Below, one piece after another: positions 18,352 through 25,731 of a stretch of 64,000 bases of DNA. Origin of the DNA: an uncultured Helicobacteraceae bacterium (GTDB lineage: Bacteria; Campylobacterota; Campylobacteria; Campylobacterales; Helicobacteraceae). Each line of letters starts with the position of its first letter. Position 1 is the first letter of the stretch. The stretch lies in contig CAJTQL010000002.1 of assembly GCA_910578285.1 (NCBI GenBank), positions 30,951-94,950 of the forward strand. The letters are read 5' to 3'. The notes beneath the pieces were generated by a model. It did no database searches and was not told the origin of the DNA. It saw nothing but the letters and a program-made list of their open reading frames with translations. A program made the position numbers and the translations under genes.

Positions 18352-19605
18352 ATGGCGTATCAAAACGATACTGGTTTGGACTTTTTAAGTCAATGTGACA
18401 ATGAGCTCTTGGGCGTGCTCGTGGAGATTCTGACAAAGGATAAGGGCGAGGAACGATTCACAGAAACATTAACATTGTCTAATGGATACAAAACGTACCA
18501 CCCAGACCATGTAAAATATTGGCGCGACATCGCGGAAAGCTACCAACGATTTGGCGGCAATACGTTTGTCAATATGGTGCGCGGCGGTGGCGTTTTGTAT
18601 CGGGAGATTCTGTGCGATGTGTGCGACAAGCTCAAGGTGAATTACAATAGAGATGCTTCAATAGATTTTATCGAAATTAATCTATTAAGCAAAATTTTAA
18701 CAGATTCTCTTGCGAAAATGACGACAGAACAACTTAAAGAAATAAGCAATGACTTAGGGCTTAAAAATGTTACAAGTTTTACCCCACAAGCAGTAACAAT
18801 TGCAATACAGGGCGCGATGAAGCTTTCTGGATTTATGGTTTATCAAACGGCTGTGATTATTGCAAATATGATTGCTAGGGCTGTTTTGGGGCATGGCTTA
18901 TCTCTTGCTACCAATGCTGCCCTAACAAGAGTCATAGGAGTCTTTTTGGGACCCATAGGCTGGATTATTACAGCACTTTGGACGGCTTTAGATATTGCTG
19001 GACCGGCATATCGCGTTACGATTCCTGCCACAATCCAAATTGCTTGCATGCGGCAGATAATGAATGCGCCAAAAGAGGAAGTGCCCAATGATGTTTGCAA
19101 AAAGCCCATTGGAATCTTCTATGGCAGCGATGGTGGCGACACGGAAAAAGTTGTCGAACAAATTGCAGAAGAATTGAGGGAATATGTCGATGTCAAGATT
19201 TTTAATGTCGCGCAAGCAAGCAAGAATGATTTGCGCCGATATGAGAATCTCATCTTTGCTTCACCAACCTATGGCGAGGGCGATTTGCAGAGTGATTGGG
19301 AAGATTTTCTACCCAAACTTAGCGCCAGCGATGTTGCGGGCAAAACCATTGCCTTTGTCGGGCTTGGCGACCAAGACAGCTATGGCGAAACGTTTTGCGA
19401 AGGCGTTTCACACATCTATGCTAAACTCGCCTCTAGCGCAAAAGTGATTGGGCAAACCAGCACTGATGGCTACAATTTTGAAAGCAGCAAATCTGTTGTA
19501 CGTGGCAAATTCATTGGGCTGATGATTGACGAAGTTAACCAAGACGACCAAACAGAAAAAAGAATCGCCGCATGGGTCGAAGATGTTGTCTATAAGTTTA
19601 ACTAG
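18352..19605 (+). CDS. Fusion protein: DUF3944/YaaW (UPF0174)-like N-terminal region + long-chain flavodoxin
   Basis: The N-terminal about 250 aa (LDFLSQCDNELLGVLVEILTKDK...WRDIAESYQRFGGNTFVNMVRGGGVLYREILCDVCDKLKV...) is followed by hydrophobic helices. The C-terminal about 165 aa (IGIFYGSDGGDTEKV...FASPTYGEGDLQSDWEDF...FVGLGDQDSYGETFCEG...) is flavodoxin. Confidence 0.7.
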   Translation: MAYQNDTGLDFLSQCDNELLGVLVEILTKDKGEERFTETLTLSNGYKTYHPDHVKYWRDIAESYQRFGGNTFVNMVRGGGVLYREILCDVCDKLKVNYNRDASIDFIEINLLSKILTDSLAKMTTEQLKEISNDLGLKNVTSFTPQAVTIAIQGAMKLSGFMVYQTAVIIANMIARAVLGHGLSLATNAALTRVIGVFLGPIGWIITALWTALDIAGPAYRVTIPATIQIACMRQIMNAPKEEVPNDVCKKPIGIFYGSDGGDTEKVVEQIAEELREYVDVKIFNVAQASKNDLRRYENLIFASPTYGEGDLQSDWEDFLPKLSASDVAGKTIAFVGLGDQDSYGETFCEGVSHIYAKLASSAKVIGQTSTDGYNFESSKSVVRGKFIGLMIDEVNQDDQTEKRIAAWVEDVVYKFN

Positions 19606-19637
19606 ACAACATTTTTGCTGCAATAACGACTAAAGTT

Positions 19638-19669
19638 GCACCTCCGCTGTGTGTCCTTTGTGGAGGTGC
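19638..19669. terminator. Hairpin between convergent genes (candidate bidirectional terminator)
   Basis: GCACCTCC (19638-19645), 16-nt loop, GGAGGTGC (19662-19669). Confidence 0.4.
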
Positions 19670-19736
19670 GTCTTTAGTTGTAGACATTAATAGTATATGC
19701 CCATCAGTTTTTTGTGTGGACATATTATTAGTATTA

Positions 19737-21608
19737 TTAATTTTCCATGTTTTCAATCATCATCTGAACATGTGTTTGATACCATTGATTTCCCCAAAGT
19801 TCTTTGCTAGAAAGTATTTCTTGGAATTTTGGAAAAATATCTTTATATTTTACATGAGATTTGAGGATTCTAATGATATCTTCTGTACTAAGGGGTAAGA
19901 TTTTCATTCCTTTAATATATGTTGTATCATTTTCAAAATAGCAATGGATTCGACTTCTAAAATCATTAATGACATTTTTATCTAAGTATGGCGCAATGAA
20001 TATGCCATAAGTCTTCTCTTGCATTACAGAATTTAGGCTCAATAATAGATTGCCCAAATGTCGTGAAACGCTTTCCATCTCCGCTCTTCTTTGATTGGTT
20101 TTTTCAGTAAGCGTTACTTCAATCATTAGGCTATGGTTATAATAAGAATATACAAAATCAGTATTCCCACCTACTGCATGAGATTTTGGCAAGAGTTGCG
20201 AATCGAGACTTAATCCCGATTCTAAAATCCGTTCGATTTTATTTTCATCAATATAGCACCAAGCAATCGCAATGATATATTCAAAAATGGTAGGAATCGT
20301 TGCTTCAGTTGTCGTTTTTTCATGGATTTTAGAATCATTGTTTCTATCACTAAAGAGTTCTAGTATTTCAATGATATGCTCTCTTGTAAAACGTGTTTGT
20401 AGGAGTTTTTGAAGTTTTTCCTTATCTCTATATTGTTTATAGCTTCTTATGTCTTGTAGATGAGTAATGCCCAATTCTCTAAAGTATTGTTTCATCTCTT
20501 TATCATCAAATAATTCATCTAAAAGATTTTGAGAAACATTACTTTGTGCAATTTGTTTCAAAATTTCTTGATAATTGGAATGTTTTAATATTGTCGAAAA
20601 GATAATATTTAAATCTACTCTGTCTTTGTGAAATTCAAAGATACCAGTGAGATTCAAATATCTACGATTTAAATCCAAATAGTCATTCAAGTTTGCTTGG
20701 ATTCGTGATTCAAAAATAAACCGAAAAAATCTTTTTCCAAATTCTTCTAATGTTCCATCGCAAAAGGCAATCAATTCATTTATTTTTTCTTCCCTCTTGC
20801 TCTTTTTTATTAAATATGGCAAATATAATGTTTTAAAACTTGAATATGCATGTGGGGTGAATAAGTTATGAAAAAACTCAATATTTCTAGTCTTTATAAA
20901 CGGCAAAAATATATTATGGAGAACCTTGACGATTTCTATAGCCGTTTTTTCTCCTTTTGCTGTTTTAAAATATTCTGTCTTTACTGTGTCATTGTATAAG
21001 TCATTTAAAAAATATTCTAACTCTAAATAATGTGGAGTGTTGTGAAGAACGCTCGACATTAATGTATTGTTTTGAATAGCCTCAATGAAATCCTGTGTGT
21101 TTCTAAAGTTGTTTATGAGCGGTAATAATCGAAAAATTTCAATACTTAATTGTCCATTAAAATACCTGAAGGCTTCCAGATATTTAACTAGCAAAGAAGA
21201 ATTATGGTTAAAATTTAATGTGGCTTTGAGAAAAAATAAAGATATTAAATCAATTTGTAAGAATTCATTATTGATTCTATGGCTTTGTGTTTTTATGAGA
21301 TTTAGTAATTCGTAGCCTTGTTGGGTAATGTGTTTTTGTTGGCGATTGATGAGGTTATAGTCTTCTAGCGGAGCAGATTTGACTCTCGCATCTTTTGTGC
21401 CTAAGTCCGCAGTTTTGTTTTTTGATTCTAAGAGATTATGTTGCTCTAAAAGTTCCAAGTATTTTATCTGCAAATCAGAATTGCTACTCCATTTGTCTTT
21501 TTCGTCAGCATTATTGAATAGCTCCTCAAATAAAATCAATTGTGTTTCAAAATTATAGAGTAGATTCTTAACTCTTAAACTCGTGTTCCCAAAATAATCG
21601 TATCCCAT
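19737..21608 (-). CDS. Type IIS restriction endonuclease, AlwI/MlyI/PleI/Nt.BstNBI family
   Basis: 623 aa. The C-terminal block FEYIIAIAW...PKSHAVGGNTDFVYSYYNHSLMIEVTLTEKTNQRRAEMESVSRHLG...GIFIAPYLDKNVINDF...ILPLS parallels the catalytic region of BstNBI-type enzymes as I recall it. It follows two methylase genes. Confidence 0.7.
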   Translation of the reverse strand: MGYDYFGNTSLRVKNLLYNFETQLILFEELFNNADEKDKWSSNSDLQIKYLELLEQHNLLESKNKTADLGTKDARVKSAPLEDYNLINRQQKHITQQGYELLNLIKTQSHRINNEFLQIDLISLFFLKATLNFNHNSSLLVKYLEAFRYFNGQLSIEIFRLLPLINNFRNTQDFIEAIQNNTLMSSVLHNTPHYLELEYFLNDLYNDTVKTEYFKTAKGEKTAIEIVKVLHNIFLPFIKTRNIEFFHNLFTPHAYSSFKTLYLPYLIKKSKREEKINELIAFCDGTLEEFGKRFFRFIFESRIQANLNDYLDLNRRYLNLTGIFEFHKDRVDLNIIFSTILKHSNYQEILKQIAQSNVSQNLLDELFDDKEMKQYFRELGITHLQDIRSYKQYRDKEKLQKLLQTRFTREHIIEILELFSDRNNDSKIHEKTTTEATIPTIFEYIIAIAWCYIDENKIERILESGLSLDSQLLPKSHAVGGNTDFVYSYYNHSLMIEVTLTEKTNQRRAEMESVSRHLGNLLLSLNSVMQEKTYGIFIAPYLDKNVINDFRSRIHCYFENDTTYIKGMKILPLSTEDIIRILKSHVKYKDIFPKFQEILSSKELWGNQWYQTHVQMMIENMEN

Positions 21609-21617
21609 ATAAACTCC

Positions 21618-22547
21618 TTAATAGTTAGTAATTAAGACCTCTGTTGATTCTGTCCTTTTTGTTTGATAGTTGCAATTTTTATAGTTAAATTCTAAAAAAA
21701 ATGTTTTAAAATTTGTGTTTTTCTCGAGCCATTTTTTTAAGACTATATGTTCTTTGCCTTTATGGCAAATAACATTTGAGAGTCCAAAGCGAATTTTTTT
21801 AGAATCTAATATCCTTAAAAATTCAAGCAAATCTAACTCATCTTGCAAGCTCCAAGCTTGATTTTCGTTATATGTCGCAGTTGCTAAAAAATAGGGTGGG
21901 TCAATATAAACAAAACTTTGAGAATCTAAAATGGGGACATCAAACTCCCGAAAATCATTATTGAATATTTCTATATTCTTTTTCTGCAAAGCTATTATAA
22001 AATGTTTGAGTTTTTCTTGCATGTTTGTATTAAAATCTCTTTTGCCACATGGCAGATTAAAATGACCTCTTGCATTGAAACGAATTTGATTGTTGAAGGC
22101 GAAAATAATGAGCACAAATAAATCCAAAGCATTTTTGTGGATATTGTAGCGATTCCTTAATTGTAAAAATTTATCTTTATTAAAGCTTGATAGTCCATTT
22201 TGGCTATTGCATTGATAAAATTCATAGCCCATTTTTGCACTATTAGAAAGCTCAAAAGTAACGATAATATCCCAAATTTCTTCAAAAATCTTTTGCAAAC
22301 TTTGTTTTTGCAATGTTTGATAGATTTGGGTGAGCTGTGTTAAAGAATCGTTTAGGATAATATTGTTGGCTTTTATGTTAATACCTACATTTGCCCCGCC
22401 ACAGAATAAATCCACAGCCGTAGAAATATCTTGTGGGAAAAGTGGCATGATTTGTGGCAAGAGTCTATATTTTCCTCCAGTATAATTTAGAGGGCTTGAA
22501 ATAAAATTTCCTTGCATTTTTAAAGTCAATTCACTTATATTTGGCAT
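21618..22547 (-). CDS. D12-class (Dam-like) N6-adenine DNA methyltransferase, M2
   Basis: PLNYTGGKYRLLPQI, DLFCGGANVG (motif I) and YIDPPY (motif IV). Confidence 0.85.
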   Translation of the reverse strand: MPNISELTLKMQGNFISSPLNYTGGKYRLLPQIMPLFPQDISTAVDLFCGGANVGINIKANNIILNDSLTQLTQIYQTLQKQSLQKIFEEIWDIIVTFELSNSAKMGYEFYQCNSQNGLSSFNKDKFLQLRNRYNIHKNALDLFVLIIFAFNNQIRFNARGHFNLPCGKRDFNTNMQEKLKHFIIALQKKNIEIFNNDFREFDVPILDSQSFVYIDPPYFLATATYNENQAWSLQDELDLLEFLRILDSKKIRFGLSNVICHKGKEHIVLKKWLEKNTNFKTFFLEFNYKNCNYQTKRTESTEVLITNY

Positions 22548-23575
22548 ACAAAAACCCTCTCTTTATGGTCTTTGAATGAAGATTTTCCACTACTGAAAGC
22601 CTTATAATCAAATTCAGCAACGTGTATTGTGCCAACAGAATCTAAAATTTGTTTGATTTCATTTTCTTTTAATCGTGCGTTACTTCTTCCGTTTGCGGTA
22701 TATGTATTATTATATGTCACAACCAAGACCCTGCTCATTTTTGCAAGATTGTCTATCAAATCTCTAAAACTTTGCCTTGCCTCTACCTTGCAATACTTGC
22801 TGATATTTTCTGGCTTTGGTTTGAGTGCCACTCCATATAAATGTGGCTTATCATTTTTGGTAAGCGTTTCGAGTAAATGATAGAATCTTGAATATTGCCT
22901 TGAATTATATGGAGGGTCGATAAAGGCTATGTCAATATGCCGTCTGTGTTCGACGAGCTCTTGGCTTAACATGTTGGAATCTTTTTTGTAAATCTCTATT
23001 TTTGCGTTGCTTTTTATCGGTTCGATGAGTTCAAAGACAAATTTATCCTGCAAGGTAATATTCTTGCGATAGGCATCGTAGTGTCCCACGGTGTTTGCGA
23101 TTCTATCGACACTATAAAGGAGGCTTGCCAAAAGAATCATAAATTCTTGTGGGCAAATTGCGTTTGATTCTAATAATTTATCAAGCTCATCTCTAATAAA
23201 ACCTATCAATCTAGAATCGTTCTCACTAAAAAACTTGCCGCCAAAATGCTTGGAATAATAGTTCGATTCCAAATCTCGTGCTTCTATGCCCCGAAATAGA
23301 GATTGAATCGCCTCTATTTTCTGCCAATCAAACGTTTCTTGAGGAAAGAATGCCTGATAAATGGTAGAGTTGGAATGCAAAAAATCATTCAAGATAAAAT
23401 GCCCAAATTGTGGTTTTTGCATAAAATATGCGCTCACAACACCTGTGCCAGCAAAAACATCAAAAAAGCAAAGATTTTGATATTTAGTATAATCAAAAAC
23501 AGATAATAACGTTTCGTCAATTCTTTCCAATAATTTTGTTTTTGCTCCCGTATAGCGGCGATTGGCAAGTTTCAA
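22535..23575 (-). CDS. D12-class N6-adenine DNA methyltransferase, M1
   Basis: RRYTGAKTKLL, DVFAGTGVV (motif I) and FIDPPYNSRQY (motif IV). TTG start 7 nt after AGGAG. It overlaps M2 by 13 nt. Confidence 0.85.
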   Translation of the reverse strand: MKLANRRYTGAKTKLLERIDETLLSVFDYTKYQNLCFFDVFAGTGVVSAYFMQKPQFGHFILNDFLHSNSTIYQAFFPQETFDWQKIEAIQSLFRGIEARDLESNYYSKHFGGKFFSENDSRLIGFIRDELDKLLESNAICPQEFMILLASLLYSVDRIANTVGHYDAYRKNITLQDKFVFELIEPIKSNAKIEIYKKDSNMLSQELVEHRRHIDIAFIDPPYNSRQYSRFYHLLETLTKNDKPHLYGVALKPKPENISKYCKVEARQSFRDLIDNLAKMSRVLVVTYNNTYTANGRSNARLKENEIKQILDSVGTIHVAEFDYKAFSSGKSSFKDHKERVFVCQI

Positions 23576-23594
23576 ATGATGACTCCTCTAATGC

Positions 23595-25040
23595 CTACTC
23601 CACCAAATAATGCGCACCCAGCGATTCTTCGCGCAAAAGCGCGCTTTCGATGATATTTTTCGCGGTGAGCAGCCGCAGGCGCAAAAGTCGCCCAATGTGG
23701 CTTTGGAGCATGACCTCCACACCGCCAAGCGCCTCGAGTAGTGCGCTTTTTTTGCGGATAATGCCGACCTTGTTCCACATGAGCTTGCGCAGAATCTGCT
23801 TGAGATTGCCGTCATATTCGCATTCCAAGATGTCGTTGCGAGGCTGAAACTCGCGCATTTTCCATGTTGGATCTTCTTTGCCCAAAATCTCGAACGTGGC
23901 GCGCCGTGCAAAAACGAGCGCCTCGAGCAGTGAATTGCTCGCGAGGCGATTTGCGCCATGCACGCCTGTGTGCGCTGCTTCCCCAATCGCATAGAGATTG
24001 TCCATTCCCAAAATCTTACCATTTGTATCCGTTGCGATTCCGCCCATACAATAGTGAAATGCAGGAGAAATCGGAATCGGGTCATAGCAGCTATACCCAA
24101 ACCCATGCAATGTGCGTGCGATGTTGGGGAAGCGCTTCTCAAAGAAATGTTCGCGAAACATGGACAAATCCAAAAAAACTTCAGCGTTGTATTTTTGTTG
24201 GTAGTCATAAATAGCGCGTGCAACAGTATCGCGCGGGGCAAGCTCACCGCGCGAATCATAATCAAACAAAAATCGCCGCTTGTCTTTGTCAACAATCTGT
24301 GCGCCTTCGCCGCGCAACGCTTCGCTAAGGAGCGGTTTGCGCGCACGGCTGGTTTGGACAAAGACTGTCGGGTGGAATTGCAACATCTCCATATCGCAAA
24401 GATTGAGCCCATTTTCCAAAATCATGCCATGCAGCTCGCCTGCAACGGTGTGCGCGTTGGTGTGCATTTCAAATAGCCCGCCGACACCTCCGCTCGCGAT
24501 GATGACATCACGTGCGTACAGGTTATAGTTACCACGTTTGGTGAGCACATTCACGCCATAGCAGCGGTTTTCGTGGATAAGCAGTTCGGTTACGGTGGCA
24601 TTTTTCCAAAGCGTGTGTGGAATTTGTGTAATCAAATGGCTATGCAGCACCCTGCCTGTGCAATCCCCTCCGGCGTGGATAATGCGGTTTGTCGAATGCG
24701 CGGCTTCTTTGGTGAAGAGTAGATTGCCTGTTTCGTCTTTGTCAAATGGCACACCGCGGGCAATCAAGTCATCGAGCACTTCGAGGCTTTGAGTGCTCAT
24801 AATCTCAACATTTTCTCTATCACACATTCCCGCACCCGCGTTGAGCGTGTCTCGGATATGTAAGAGAATATCGTCTTTGTTTTTTGCAATAGCGATTCCG
24901 CCTTGTGCATAGAATGTGTTGCAATCCCAAGGTTGCGCTTTGCAAAGAATCAAAACTTTTTTGTGGCGATTGATTTGCAATGCTGCATACAATCCCGCGA
25001 CACCAGCGCCAATAATAATTACATCATAATGATATGTCAT
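23595..25040 (-). CDS. nadB: L-aspartate oxidase
   Basis: FAD-binding fold DVIIIGAGVAGLYAAL, with HYCMGGI and ANRLASNSLLE. Start set at MTYHYD. Confidence 0.9.
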   Translation of the reverse strand: MTYHYDVIIIGAGVAGLYAALQINRHKKVLILCKAQPWDCNTFYAQGGIAIAKNKDDILLHIRDTLNAGAGMCDRENVEIMSTQSLEVLDDLIARGVPFDKDETGNLLFTKEAAHSTNRIIHAGGDCTGRVLHSHLITQIPHTLWKNATVTELLIHENRCYGVNVLTKRGNYNLYARDVIIASGGVGGLFEMHTNAHTVAGELHGMILENGLNLCDMEMLQFHPTVFVQTSRARKPLLSEALRGEGAQIVDKDKRRFLFDYDSRGELAPRDTVARAIYDYQQKYNAEVFLDLSMFREHFFEKRFPNIARTLHGFGYSCYDPIPISPAFHYCMGGIATDTNGKILGMDNLYAIGEAAHTGVHGANRLASNSLLEALVFARRATFEILGKEDPTWKMREFQPRNDILECEYDGNLKQILRKLMWNKVGIIRKKSALLEALGGVEVMLQSHIGRLLRLRLLTAKNIIESALLREESLGAHYLVE

Positions 25041-25248
25041 TGTCTTCTCGTGTTTTAGGTTTGAGTGTGTCCTCATCTAGGAGCGGCACGCCCGGCACTC
25101 TTTGAATCCCCGTTCCATTGCTTGGCAAGCGGAACAGCTCATGCGGACCTTCGGGCGGAGTTTTGTAATAGGGATTTTGCTTGATACCACAACCAAGCAC
25201 AAAAAGGCTCAAATAGGCTATAATACCAATATGAAAACAGCATATCAT
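25024..25248 (-). CDS. Small lipoprotein, LptM/YifL-like
   Basis: MICCFHIGIIAYLSLFVLGC-GIKQNPYYKTPPEG has a lipobox followed by the GCG-x-K-x-P-x-Y motif typical of YifL/LptM. Its 5' end overlaps the divergent ORF start at 25231, so one of the two starts is uncertain. Confidence 0.4.
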   Translation of the reverse strand: MICCFHIGIIAYLSLFVLGCGIKQNPYYKTPPEGPHELFRLPSNGTGIQRVPGVPLLDEDTLKPKTREDNDISL

Positions 25249-25728
25249 CTTATCCAGCATTTATATCAATCCCCTTCGTTGCGCAAATTGCGGGAACATC
25301 ATCTACTCAAGCTTTTGTTTGAACGTTTTTTTCCGTCTCTTGCACCCAAAGTCTTTTGTTTCAAGCTCGAACCCCCGGTGCTCAAAATCGCAGTGCGCCA
25401 CCCTGCCTATATCAAAGAATTTAAATACCATGAGAATACAATAAAAAAGGCTTTAAAAGCAATTAAAACCGAAGAACTTTCGTTTGCAAACAGAATCGAA
25501 AAGCTAATTGTTTTTGATAGTCGTTATGTTCCAAGCCGCAATAATGCCGAGCATCATAGCGATTCGGATTTTCGCTATTGTGAGAATGCCGACGGTGTGT
25601 TTGAAAATCTCGCGACAGATTCTGACATCGCGCGCTTGTTTGAGGAATGGCGCGCAATCGTGTTGCGCCACCACCGCCTCGAGCTGCTCGATGGCGAGGA
25701 CGATTTCTATCGTAGAATCAACGAGTGA
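25231..25728 (+). CDS. DUF721 (DciA-like) protein
   Basis: 165 aa from MKTAYHLIQ. The pattern ...LKIAVRHPAYIKEFKYHENTI... resembles the DUF721 core. It sits immediately upstream of uvrC. Confidence 0.45.
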   Translation: MKTAYHLIQHLYQSPSLRKLREHHLLKLLFERFFPSLAPKVFCFKLEPPVLKIAVRHPAYIKEFKYHENTIKKALKAIKTEELSFANRIEKLIVFDSRYVPSRNNAEHHSDSDFRYCENADGVFENLATDSDIARLFEEWRAIVLRHHRLELLDGEDDFYRRINE

Positions 25729-25731
25729 GCA

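Noticed and set aside
23588-24412. 274-aa - strand ORF overlapping nadB in another frame.
   Set aside because: The nadB frame carries clear FAD-binding and family motifs. The alternative frame is Arg/Cys/Ala-rich nonsense.
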